From an uncultured Oligoflexus sp. (lineage in GTDB: Bacteria; Bdellovibrionota_B; Oligoflexia; Oligoflexales; Oligoflexaceae): a stretch of 64,000 nt of DNA. Both the position numbers and the translations under genes were made by a program. Shown here piece after piece: positions 1 through 9,780 of the stretch (positions are counted from its first letter, which is position 1; every line of letters begins with the position of its first letter). The notes below the pieces were generated by a model. That model was not told the origin of the DNA. It saw nothing but the letters and a program-made list of their open reading frames with translations, and did not search any database. The stretch covers positions 13,942-77,941 of the forward strand of contig CAXSGP010000004.1 in the NCBI GenBank assembly GCA_964236955.1, written 5' to 3'.

Positions 1-1137
1 TTAGGTCAGGGCGCTCCCGAGACGGGACAGCTGCATTGCGATGAGGCGCGGTTAAATTCCATTGTCATCGATCCGAACTGTAGCGAATACAGTCCAGTGG
101 CTGGTGCGAAAGGATTAAGACAGGCGGTGGCCGATCTCTATAACGATCGTTATCGAAGGGGTTTCGGTTCGCAGTATACTTACGAAAATGTAGCTATTTC
201 TTCGGGAGGCCGAAGCGGCCTGGCCCGCGTTACGGCGTCGCTTGGGCCCGTACATTTAGGACATTATCTACCGGATTATACAGCTTATGAAGAGCTTTTT
301 GATGCCTTCAAGGGCTTTGTGCCCATGCCTATACTTCTTGAGGAAAGTGATGGTTTTCGTGTCACTTCAGATCAGCTCAGACACGAGATCGTAAGTCGTG
401 GATTAGGGGCGGTCCTGCTATCCAATCCTCACAACCCTACAGGGCAGATTATCTATGGCAAGGACTTAGAGGATTATGTGGCGGTAGGCAGGCAGTATCG
501 CTGCGCCTTGATCTTTGATGAATTTTATTCGCACTACCTCTACGACGAGATCGCCCTGGCCCATCCGAGTGTGTCCGCTGCCCGATACGTGGAAAACGTC
601 GATAAGGATACGGTGATCCTCGTCGATGGTTTGACCAAGAACTGGCGTTATCCGGGGCTTAGAATCTCATGGACTCTGGGTCCAAAGGAAATCATCAAAC
701 GCTTTGCTTCCGCGGGGTCCTTTCTCGATGGGGGTGCGGCGCATCCCATTCAAAAGGCTATCATACCACTGATGGACCGTAGCTTTGCTGATGAGCAGGC
801 GTTGGCCATTCAAAAAGCCTTTGTCATGAAACGCAATATGATGTTGAAAACAATTGATAGTCTTGATCTGGGGCTTCCCCATAGGCCGAAGGCCGGCTTC
901 TATTGCTTTGTCAGTCTTAAGGGGCTTAGGCCAGGACTGCAGGATGGGATTGATTTCTTTGAAGCGGCCCTCGGTAAAAAGGTTATCACAGTGCCGGGGA
1001 AGTTTTTTGATGTCAACCCTGGCAACCGACGACGTCATTTGCCTTCGCGTTTGAGTCAGTACGCACGCCTCAGCTACGGACCTACCGTTGAGGAAATTGA
1101 AAGAGGTATGAGCCGTTTAACAGAACTGGTTCGATAG
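1..1137 (+). CDS. PLP-dependent aminotransferase class I/II (5' end outside window)
   Basis: Frame is open from base 1 (LGQGAPETG...); NPHNPTG, DEFY and GLTKNWRYPGLRISW (PLP lysine) motifs. Confidence 0.9.
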   Translation, partial: LGQGAPETGQLHCDEARLNSIVIDPNCSEYSPVAGAKGLRQAVADLYNDRYRRGFGSQYTYENVAISSGGRSGLARVTASLGPVHLGHYLPDYTAYEELFDAFKGFVPMPILLEESDGFRVTSDQLRHEIVSRGLGAVLLSNPHNPTGQIIYGKDLEDYVAVGRQYRCALIFDEFYSHYLYDEIALAHPSVSAARYVENVDKDTVILVDGLTKNWRYPGLRISWTLGPKEIIKRFASAGSFLDGGAAHPIQKAIIPLMDRSFADEQALAIQKAFVMKRNMMLKTIDSLDLGLPHRPKAGFYCFVSLKGLRPGLQDGIDFFEAALGKKVITVPGKFFDVNPGNRRRHLPSRLSQYARLSYGPTVEEIERGMSRLTELVR

Positions 1138-1397
1138 CCCGGCACTTTAATAGCAAGCGATTGGAATTGAGGGGATTTTTTTATTTATGATCTTTTTATA
1201 GCCATGACATTCTTTTGGTAATGAGTGTATCGATAATTGCCTATCGATATTTTCGTTACCGCAAAATTTCAATACCCAAAATCATATTCGTTTTCCAAGC
1301 GCATCTCCTTAGCCTGTGTCTCTCGGGAGCTTGCTCATGAACTTGTGCCAATTGACCGATGCCATGATCAGACCTATTCGCCATAAGGAAGACCTGA

Positions 1398-3338
1398 TTG
1401 CTCCAACTTCTTCTCACATTGATTTGCCTGCTGGTTCCGGCTGTCGCTCGGGGAGCCGTGCTCGATTTGAGGGAGACTGTTGATGTTCCGAAAAAAGCAC
1501 TGGAAATAGCCTGGGAATATAGTGATTTACCGATCATACCCGGTAGGCTTAAAATCAGCGAACTTTCTAAACGGCCCCAAGATTTTTGGCTTGATCAAGC
1601 GGATCTGCCGCAGCGTGCCAGCTATCGAATCACAATTCTAAGAAAAGCGGATCAAGCGTCTTTACTCCTTGTCTTTAAGGATTGGCCGGCTTTCCGCGCC
1701 ATTGTCAATGGTCAAACCCTGCTTGAAAAGGGTAAGCTTTACAACGGCTTTGGAGACATTGAAAACAAAAGGGGCGACGTTTCCCTGCTGCTGCCCCAGG
1801 CGGAGGCAATCGAGGTGCTTCTTGAATTGGGCGCCAGCCTTCCTCGCTGGAATCACGCCCCGAAGCTCATTTACATAGGTACCGAAGCGGATCTACGTAA
1901 ACAGGAACTGCGCAATTCCATCATTTTGGCGATTTTGCTAGGCGGGCTGTTTATCATCGGTCTTTATCATATCTCCCTCTTTGTGCTGACTCCCGCACGA
2001 TCGGTAACGCTGATTCTTGGCGCCTTCTGTATGGTCAACTGTCTACGATGTTCAATCTCAGGAAACGTCGATATTCTGTACAACTTTTTCCCCGATTTTC
2101 CTTTTGGGCTTAGTTATAAATTGAGTTACATCGGTTATTACCTGTCGCCGGCGCTTTTTATCGAATTTCTTAAGTTCAGTTTTCCGGGGACCCTCTCCCA
2201 TAGGACTTTGCGATATCTCTGGCTCATTACGGTGACCTTCATCGTCATGACGGTAATCACCCCGCTCGCAGTCTATGGTCGCTGGAACTCTGCGTTTCAC
2301 GGAGTGACTCTTATCAGCATCGTCATCGCCACAATATGCATCAAACGGGCAATTAAAAATCGAACCAAGGGAGCGTGGCTTCAGTTGGTTTCATTCTTAC
2401 TGGTATCGATGGCAACGATCAACGACGTCATGTATGCCGAAGGACTGCCGAACATCGGCCTAACCATACCATTCGCAGTTTTTATCTTTATCCTTTTGCA
2501 ATCGATGATACTCTCCTCGCAGTTTTCCCAGGCCTTTGCTGAGCTCGCTCACACCTATAAAGAATTCACCAAGATCGTCTATCTTCATACCGTCAAACAA
2601 ATTGCCAGTGGCTTAGAGATTGAGAAAACGATGCGGGTGGGTACGGCAGATGCCGTGGTGCTGGCCTTTGATATCGTCGGATCCTCGCGACTTAAGCATC
2701 CTGGCCTTAGCGATGCCATCGAACGGATGATGGGTCGATGCTATGAGGCGATGTCGGAGGGGTATGACGCGGTAAATATGCATTCCCGGGCTTACCGAGT
2801 CAAAGAGATGGGCGACGGCTTGCTGTGCTCCGTCGGATTTCCCTTTCCTACCGGCGCTAGGAATTGCAATTCGTCGGTGGCTGTAGCGTTGGCTGTCGAT
2901 TTTATGAGAATTTTTAAAGAGGAATTTGAAAAGCTAAATCTAGAAATCGATGCCTTTTGCGGAATCGGTATTGCCAAAGGCCAGGTGGAAGGCTTTTTCC
3001 CAAGGTTTGGGGTCAAGCAGTATGATCTCCGTGGCAAAACAATAGTTCTCGCCACCCGATATGAATCGATGCGTAATGCGGTGTTTAATCGGGCCGGATG
3101 GAAGGGCAGTGTGATTTTCCTTCAGGACGATGTCTATCAGGAGCTCGCCGTAGGCGAACAAGCACTTTACACCGAATGGGATGCCACGGCCGACGGGCAA
3201 AGAATTCGTGACGACGGCCAGGCAAAAAAAGCTTGGTTTCGTTTCGTTCCCCATGCAGTTTGCAGGGACAAGCGCGCCATCGATTGCCTAGTGGCGCGCG
3301 AGGACGACGGCGAACGAGCGCTCAAAGCTTCGGCGTAA
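1398..3338 (+). CDS. Membrane class III adenylate/guanylate cyclase with periplasmic sensor and 7TM-DISM-like membrane domain
   Basis: Signal peptide, ~7 hydrophobic helices starting at GGLFIIGLYHISLF, then AFDIVGSS, KEMGDG, GIGI..GQV, QYDL.G and LATRYES cyclase motifs. Confidence 0.8.
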   Translation: MLQLLLTLICLLVPAVARGAVLDLRETVDVPKKALEIAWEYSDLPIIPGRLKISELSKRPQDFWLDQADLPQRASYRITILRKADQASLLLVFKDWPAFRAIVNGQTLLEKGKLYNGFGDIENKRGDVSLLLPQAEAIEVLLELGASLPRWNHAPKLIYIGTEADLRKQELRNSIILAILLGGLFIIGLYHISLFVLTPARSVTLILGAFCMVNCLRCSISGNVDILYNFFPDFPFGLSYKLSYIGYYLSPALFIEFLKFSFPGTLSHRTLRYLWLITVTFIVMTVITPLAVYGRWNSAFHGVTLISIVIATICIKRAIKNRTKGAWLQLVSFLLVSMATINDVMYAEGLPNIGLTIPFAVFIFILLQSMILSSQFSQAFAELAHTYKEFTKIVYLHTVKQIASGLEIEKTMRVGTADAVVLAFDIVGSSRLKHPGLSDAIERMMGRCYEAMSEGYDAVNMHSRAYRVKEMGDGLLCSVGFPFPTGARNCNSSVAVALAVDFMRIFKEEFEKLNLEIDAFCGIGIAKGQVEGFFPRFGVKQYDLRGKTIVLATRYESMRNAVFNRAGWKGSVIFLQDDVYQELAVGEQALYTEWDATADGQRIRDDGQAKKAWFRFVPHAVCRDKRAIDCLVAREDDGERALKASA

Positions 3339-3406
3339 GACCTTGGCCGTGCCTAGAACCGCGCTTGAGTGCATAAGCCCATAAACATTTTTTTCCCTTA
3401 GGACCC

Positions 3407-4219
3407 CTACCACTCCTCGCCAAAGGAAAGTCCAGATAAAATAATCATTCCTCCGTTGCGGTTGGAAGGATAATCGCTCAGCAGGTTTTGACCACCGACT
3501 CTGAGATTGGCATTATAGGTTAAGCTCAACCAATTCAAACTTATGGTGTATTCCTTCCAGGACCACTGATTGCCAAGCGATAGACTGATGCCGGTTCGGG
3601 CGTAATAATCTTTCTCGAAGCCCTTGCCTTTAGCCAAAATTCCGCTGGATCCAAACACGCTCAAGCCAATATTAGTTGTATCATTTGCAAAATACTGACC
3701 ATGGGCTGCATAACGGAAAGCAGTGCCTTGGCGTTTTATGTTTTTAAAGCGGAGCCTGTTGCCTGTCGCCGGATCCAGATATTTTTTGTCGAAACCATAG
3801 TAAACATCTTCGCCGGCTACACTTAGGCCAAGCTTTATGTCTGAAGTATGAAAAATATAACCCTTCACTCCGTAAGCGACCGGCGTGAAATACTCTTTGT
3901 TGCCCTGAAAAGTATTGTAATCGACAAAGATTTCAACTGATTTTGCACGAGACTGCCTCGTTATGAAACTGGCAGTCGTTTCCGAGTCGGCTTCGTCCTC
4001 TTCAGCCTCCTGAGCCTTGTCATCAACTTTGTCGTTGGGAGCTGTCGATTGCGTCTCGGTAACGGGAGACCCGGATGGCTTGCCGTCGACCGGGGCTTGA
4101 GGAGTCGAGGATGCTGGGGCCTGCTCTGCCGAGTCTTGCGAATAGAGGCGGCCCTGAGCGTGCAACGATGTTGTTAAAACTAGGGCACTTGGCCAGGTAA
4201 GACTCAATATTCTTTGCAT
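3407..4219 (-). CDS. Exported protein, probable outer-membrane beta-barrel with acidic N-terminal linker
   Basis: Signal peptide (..SLHA-Q), low-complexity linker, alternating amphipathic strands, C-terminal aromatic W; start chosen from GGAG SD. Confidence 0.6.
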   Translation of the reverse strand: MQRILSLTWPSALVLTTSLHAQGRLYSQDSAEQAPASSTPQAPVDGKPSGSPVTETQSTAPNDKVDDKAQEAEEDEADSETTASFITRQSRAKSVEIFVDYNTFQGNKEYFTPVAYGVKGYIFHTSDIKLGLSVAGEDVYYGFDKKYLDPATGNRLRFKNIKRQGTAFRYAAHGQYFANDTTNIGLSVFGSSGILAKGKGFEKDYYARTGISLSLGNQWSWKEYTISLNWLSLTYNANLRVGGQNLLSDYPSNRNGGMIILSGLSFGEEW

Positions 4220-4560
4220 GGACATCTCCAAGATAAGCTCGATCTCAGAACAGACATATAAAATTGTATTTTAAATAATAGTGGAATCCGGTCCGGGATG
4301 ATAGTCGTCAGTGGGAAAAAGGCAAATGTTTAGCTGGATATTGAAATCGGCGATGCGCCGCTGAAGGGGCCCGTTCCGGAATTTAATGTTTCTTACGCCT
4401 CAGCAAAAGGTTTGGGACTGCGCAGGCGAATGGGTGGCTAGGGTACGGTAAAAACTCGGTTTTATTATGGGATGATCCCATTTTAATCAGGCTCTTTCTT
4501 ACCTCATATTCCCCTCATGCCCTAGCCTCCGCTAGCCGCTAAGTAAGGGTAGGAGGCTAT

Positions 4561-5388
4561 GTGAAACCATCATTCCTAGGTCTGGTTCTATTGGGCTTAT
4601 TTTTCGTTTTTGGTTGCGTTAGCCCTCGCCTGATCCCAAGCACGGTAGCCCAAGAGGCCTGTGTCGATTGGACTTCGTATCTGGGTGAATCCCACGACTG
4701 CTCTTACGCGGACGGTGGTTCCCTGGGGCCGGATTCGATAAGGCAAAACATCACGCAAAAAGTAGTTCTAGAAGGCTATCCCTTGGCTCGAAAAGAATAT
4801 GGGCTGTCGCTGCTATTTTTTAATTACGATGGTACATACCAGGCTCGCAAGCTGCGCTTTACCTGGTATTACCAAGAACGATTTGGGGAAAAAAAATATC
4901 TGGTTTACGCCGAAGATTCCCGAGGCCAGTATACAGTTGAAGACAATGGCGCGATAATCCTCAATAGCCCTAGCTACTCAACCTGCGACAGTCGAAAATC
5001 GGGTGCCGAAACGATTTATGCCCATACCCAAAATTATCCTCGGCTCCAACCTTACCGCAGCATCAAAGCTGCCGAGACTGCCATTGTATTTGAGACCAAA
5101 GCGTGGTTGAGCGATTTTTTAGGGGCCCCTTTTTGGAGGGGTAAGATTGAAAGTCGTCGGAATTATAAGATGCCGCCCTTTCCTGTTCGGGCCGACCTGC
5201 CACTTGACTACACCTTCGAAGGATTTCAGGCCCGAATCTATTATGGGTGCCTCACCAATGGCTTTCTGGGCTTTATACCTGCCGATGCATCGAAAGAAAA
5301 GATAGTCAAAGAGGAGACCTTTCATTATAAAAAGGACGATAATCCCATGGGCTTGCGACCTGGGACAAGCTTTTTCGTCAGCCCCTGA
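4561..5388 (+). CDS. Hypothetical lipoprotein
   Basis: Lipobox VFGC after hydrophobic stretch; strong AGGAGG SD before GTG. Confidence 0.7.
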   Translation: MKPSFLGLVLLGLFFVFGCVSPRLIPSTVAQEACVDWTSYLGESHDCSYADGGSLGPDSIRQNITQKVVLEGYPLARKEYGLSLLFFNYDGTYQARKLRFTWYYQERFGEKKYLVYAEDSRGQYTVEDNGAIILNSPSYSTCDSRKSGAETIYAHTQNYPRLQPYRSIKAAETAIVFETKAWLSDFLGAPFWRGKIESRRNYKMPPFPVRADLPLDYTFEGFQARIYYGCLTNGFLGFIPADASKEKIVKEETFHYKKDDNPMGLRPGTSFFVSP

Positions 5389-5557
5389 TATTGCCTTGCG
5401 GGAACTGTCCAATGAAAATTTTAAGAACCTTTAAGACCGGCGGTGGGGCCTTGCGTATTTCGAGCATGAATGCGACTCCAGGAACACCCCCATGAAGGAC
5501 TCTTCATTAGCATCATGATTGAGGACCCCAAATTTGGCGAAGGTGGGCAGGCTTGAA

Positions 5558-7465
5558 TTAAGGGCGGGTGGGCATTCTCAGGCGGTTGAGCGGCAGGTGC
5601 AGTTCGATTGCGAACGGACAGTGGCCGCCTTGGATGTGCTCAGGATAGAGAGCGATTTCGATACGCGACTTCAGGTGCTCAGCGGATTCCAGGCAGCGCG
5701 TGAGGCCACGCGGTGCGCGCCAGGCCTTGACGAGGAGGAGCTTCGCATAATACTGAAGGTTTCCACCCTTGTCCCGATCGAGCAGGCGATCGTCATGGGC
5801 CCATTCCCGCAACTGCAGTATTCCCAGACCCCGTCCATCGTCGTGAAAACGCAGCACAAGGCTTTCACCAATAGGGGTGAGCGTGATACGAATGTGCGTC
5901 GCTCCGCTTTTGTTTTTCAGCAGCCGTTCGTGAGCAGTTTCCATCCCATGTTGCTTGGTGTTATCGACTAGATGGGTGACAATGTTCCGGATCGGGGCCA
6001 GATCCTCGAACTTCAAGGCGTAGAGTGCAGCGGAATGATCTTCAAAGCTCAAGTCCAGGATGTTTTTGCCTTTGCTGATCCAGGCCGCCTCCCGCACGAC
6101 ATGTTCAACCGTCGCTGTTAGAGGCGACCAGGCCATGTGCTCAAAGGCAGCTTTGGCCAGATCTATCGCTTGCTTCAGCTCAGGCAGCAGAAGGCTCGGG
6201 TCGGCATCCTCAAGATGCTTGATATCCTTATTGAAGAGCACCTTGGATGCATGCTCGAGTCGCCGGCCCAAAATTTTGGAATTCAAGCGAAGATACTGCT
6301 GCGCGACTTTTCTGACGGTGTCGATTTCCTGATTGAGGATAAGGGGGTTCCACTGCGAATCGAGGTCCTGCAAGAGTCGCATAAGGCTGTTGGCCAAACA
6401 GGATAATTTTCTGGAAAGCACCCGAAAGCCTAACAGCCGGGCACTCTCTTCGAGTGTTTTACTTTGAATATAGAGGGTTCTGAGTCTTCCGTCGTCGCGC
6501 AACAAGGTCTTTAGAATGGTGGACGATAGCTGCGTCAGACCGTTGTGCAGGGTGTCCATGTACACGGAAAAAGTTTCCAGGGAACGGTTGTTTAATTCGG
6601 AAACTATGGCTTGATCGTCAGCCGGTTCTCCCGAATCGGCGAGACTGGGCAGATGCGCATAATTTTCCAAGGGAGCCACCGGCCTCGTAAGTCTGACGTC
6701 GAAAGCGAACAAAGTCTTCAATTTCAGCAGCCGGCCCAGGGCCAGGATCAAAACAAAATAAGGGGTTCTGGAGGGCTCGCTAGGGCTTATATCAAAGGGC
6801 AGCCTTGCGGCCTCAAAGACCCCGACGGCAAGCAAAAGAAGGCAGAGGCCAAGTTCGAAAGGGGCACCTTTTCTTTTTAGAAGGTTGAGTCCCAGTAAAA
6901 ATAGGATAGAACCCTGCAGATAGACGGAAAAAATAAGGACGAGGGGAGGAATCCGATCCTGGCCGATAAATAGCGCGGCATTTAGAGTGACAAGGCTCAG
7001 GCGAAGCCCTCGTTTTGATCGCCGGAAAAAAGCCTCATCCATAAAAAGGTACAGGGTCAGCAGAATAAGAGTGAGGATGCCCCCCACCCCATACCTTTGG
7101 AGGTTCGGGTCCAGACGAAAGGGGATGCCAATGAAAAAGCTTACCTGCAGGGGTGAGCCTAGGCCCGCGAGGACCGCTCCCCCAAAACAGAGGAAAGAAA
7201 AATAGATTTCATGGGTTTTCTTTCTATCAAAATGAAATAAGAAGAGAAAGAGCAGGGCGAAGGAGACCAGGATAAAAACCAGGGTGGCCGTCGCGAGATG
7301 CGAGAGAGCGAAACGAAGGCTTTCAACGCTCTCGGTCGGCAGTACGGCGGCAGAGCCTGCCCATTCTAAACTTGGGCTTGTTTTGGTATTTTGCAAAGTC
7401 TCGACAATAGGACTGGCTTGAGCTAGCCGGCCGTGGATGAGAGCTATGAAAAGGAGCAAACGCAA
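5558..7465 (-). CDS. Multi-TM membrane protein with degenerate Hpt and CheA-like HATPase domains (probable pseudokinase)
   Basis: Signal peptide, ~7 TM; Hpt-like LYIQSKTLEESARLLGF; N-box HLVDNTKQHGMET; G1 FHDDGRGL; G2 box absent. Confidence 0.65.
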   Translation of the reverse strand: MRLLLFIALIHGRLAQASPIVETLQNTKTSPSLEWAGSAAVLPTESVESLRFALSHLATATLVFILVSFALLFLFLFHFDRKKTHEIYFSFLCFGGAVLAGLGSPLQVSFFIGIPFRLDPNLQRYGVGGILTLILLTLYLFMDEAFFRRSKRGLRLSLVTLNAALFIGQDRIPPLVLIFSVYLQGSILFLLGLNLLKRKGAPFELGLCLLLLAVGVFEAARLPFDISPSEPSRTPYFVLILALGRLLKLKTLFAFDVRLTRPVAPLENYAHLPSLADSGEPADDQAIVSELNNRSLETFSVYMDTLHNGLTQLSSTILKTLLRDDGRLRTLYIQSKTLEESARLLGFRVLSRKLSCLANSLMRLLQDLDSQWNPLILNQEIDTVRKVAQQYLRLNSKILGRRLEHASKVLFNKDIKHLEDADPSLLLPELKQAIDLAKAAFEHMAWSPLTATVEHVVREAAWISKGKNILDLSFEDHSAALYALKFEDLAPIRNIVTHLVDNTKQHGMETAHERLLKNKSGATHIRITLTPIGESLVLRFHDDGRGLGILQLREWAHDDRLLDRDKGGNLQYYAKLLLVKAWRAPRGLTRCLESAEHLKSRIEIALYPEHIQGGHCPFAIELHLPLNRLRMPTRP

Positions 7466-7801
7466 GGTTTTCGCCTTCTATAAAGGTTGACCAGGTATCG
7501 GAGGTTCCTGAACAAAGCGAAGCAATTTTCAAAGGCTGGAGCTAAAAATTTTAATAATTTAATAATATTAATATGTTAGATACCATTTTAAGAGCTGGCC
7601 AGGAAAGCTGGCAGCCATTGACAAGCTTTCGAGCAGAAGGCCATTCCTGATTTCGAAGGCGCCGAAACAGTAGGTAAAAAACTGACGCTGGATAGGCGTC
7701 GGCTAAGCTAACATGCAGCATAGCTCTCACGATTAAATCATGTTAGAAAAATACGACTTGGTTTAAGCTCCTGCAGGACTTTGGCACGATGAGGAATCTC
7801 C

Positions 7802-9613
7802 ATGGAAGAACTTGATAATCCGAAACTCTATCGCATCCGTCACTCTTTGGCCCACGTATTGGCTCAGGCTGTTCAGCTCAAATTTCCAAAAGTGCAAATG
7901 GGTTTTGGACCGCCTACCGATCAAGGGTTTTTCTATGATTTCGATTTCACGGATACGACTTTTACGGAAGCCGACCTCAAAGAACTTGAAAAAATGATGA
8001 AGAAGATCATCGCCCAGAGTCATAGTTTTGAGTATTCCGAGTTTGACTATGAAGGTGCCGTTAACTTTTTAAGTAATGGCAGAAACGAGCCTTATAAGCT
8101 TGAAAACCTGAAGAATCTGCACAGTCGGGGCGTGACTAAATTTAGCTTCTACAAAAGCGGAAATTTTCTCGACGTCTGCGAAGGTCCACATGTGGAGAAG
8201 TCCAGTCAACTGCCCGCCGATGCCTTCAAACTCGATCGTGTTGCTGGTGCTTACTGGCTTGGCAACGAAAAAAACAAGATGCTGACCCGCATCTATGCGC
8301 TGGCCTTCGAATCGCGTGAGCAGCTTGACGATTTCATTAAGCGCAGAAAGCTGGCCGAAGAGTACGATCATAAGAAATTGGGCAAGGAACTTGAGATCTA
8401 TCACTACGAGGATATCATCGGCAAGGGGCTGCCGCTATGGATGCCCAACGGGACGGTGATTCGGGATGAGATTCAAAAATACGCGGTTGAGATGGAGTTC
8501 CGTAACGGTTATAAGCGCGTGGCAACCCCCAATATTGCCAAGAGCGAGCTTTATCTTCGTTCGCAGCATTTGCCGGCCTACCGGGAGTCAATGTTCCCGC
8601 CTATGATCCTTGAAGAAGATGAAGGGCGAAAGACCGAATACTATCTAAAGCCTATGAACTGTCCCCATCATCACCTTATTTATGCTGCCAGAAAACGCAG
8701 CTATCGCGAGCTACCGCTTCGCCTGGCTGAATACGGCACCTGCTATCGCTATGAGCAGTCGGGTGAAGTGTCCGGGCTTATTCGGGTGCGATGCATGACG
8801 ATGAACGATGCTCATATTTATCTTCGTGAATCTCAGTTTGAAGAAGAGTTCGATAAGCTCCTCGCCATGTATCAGGAGTTCTATAAGACCTTTGGGCTCA
8901 CCGAGTATCGCTTCCGTCTCTCCATCCGTGGCGAAGAGAACGCGGATAAGTTCAAAGGTGATGCCGATATGTGGACCAAAGGCGAAAAACTGCTGGAAGA
9001 GGCGCTGATTCGGGCCAGGCTCCCGTACTACGTTGGGGTTGGGGAAGCGGCATTCTACGGTCCAAAGATTGACATCCAATTTCGTAACCTGATGGGTCGC
9101 GAGGAAACCGTTTCGACTATTCAGGTCGATTTTTTAAGCCCCAAAAACTTCGAACTCGCCTATACCGACGAAAGTGGGCAGGATCAGCTGCCAGTTATTA
9201 TCCATAGAGCCCCCTTGTCGACGCACGAACGCTTTATTAGTTACCTCATTGAATATTATGGCGGTGCTTTTCCTACTTGGGCGGCGCCGGTGCAGGTCGT
9301 CGCTATTCCGGTCATGGAAGCCGGAAGGGACCATGCCCGTGCCTTCGTAGACGAGCTGCATAGTAAGATGGTCCGGGCCGAAGTGGACGACAGTGACAAC
9401 ACCTTGAACAAAAAGATTCGTACCCACTCCATGCGCAAAATACCAATGCAGATCATTCTGGGACAGAAGGAAATGGATGAAGGACTCGTGACGATTCGTC
9501 GCTATGGAATCCAAGAGCAAGTCACAATGCCCAGGGAAGCGTTCATGAGCAGTTTACTCAAGGAGATAGCGGAGCGGACTATGCATCGTCCGGCAATGGG
9601 ATCATTACTTTAG
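7802..9613 (+). CDS. thrS: Threonine--tRNA ligase (short form, no N-terminal TGS/N1 domain)
   Basis: RHSLAH and DVCEGPH editing motifs, KPMNCP, YRYEQSG, AAFYGPK, IHRA, anticodon-binding domain. Confidence 0.97.
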   Translation: MEELDNPKLYRIRHSLAHVLAQAVQLKFPKVQMGFGPPTDQGFFYDFDFTDTTFTEADLKELEKMMKKIIAQSHSFEYSEFDYEGAVNFLSNGRNEPYKLENLKNLHSRGVTKFSFYKSGNFLDVCEGPHVEKSSQLPADAFKLDRVAGAYWLGNEKNKMLTRIYALAFESREQLDDFIKRRKLAEEYDHKKLGKELEIYHYEDIIGKGLPLWMPNGTVIRDEIQKYAVEMEFRNGYKRVATPNIAKSELYLRSQHLPAYRESMFPPMILEEDEGRKTEYYLKPMNCPHHHLIYAARKRSYRELPLRLAEYGTCYRYEQSGEVSGLIRVRCMTMNDAHIYLRESQFEEEFDKLLAMYQEFYKTFGLTEYRFRLSIRGEENADKFKGDADMWTKGEKLLEEALIRARLPYYVGVGEAAFYGPKIDIQFRNLMGREETVSTIQVDFLSPKNFELAYTDESGQDQLPVIIHRAPLSTHERFISYLIEYYGGAFPTWAAPVQVVAIPVMEAGRDHARAFVDELHSKMVRAEVDDSDNTLNKKIRTHSMRKIPMQIILGQKEMDEGLVTIRRYGIQEQVTMPREAFMSSLLKEIAERTMHRPAMGSLL

Positions 9614-9660
9614 ACTTTCAGAGGTAAATAGGCCTTTATTAGTCCGAATCTTAAGAGAGT

Positions 9661-9702
9661 AAGGATGTTCGAATTTACAATTCGAACGCCTTTTCACTTT
9701 TT
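9661..9702 (+). terminator. Rho-independent terminator after thrS
   Basis: aagg-a-tgttcgaat/ttaca/attcgaac-g-cctt followed by T-rich run. Confidence 0.65.
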
Positions 9703-9780
9703 GTCCACCCGCTAAGAATCGACAAGCTCCGCTCAGTCTGCTTTAATCTCCCTCATCCCACCCCTTTAGGAGAGCACCGG

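Noticed and set aside
1140..1156. Sigma-54-like CGGCAC-N5-TAGCA upstream of the cyclase
   Set aside because: Two mismatches to consensus and ~240 nt from the start; too weak to call
4313..4345. GGAAAAAGGCAAA as start of a c-di-GMP-I riboswitch
   Set aside because: No GNRA-capped P2 and no following GACGCAAA segment
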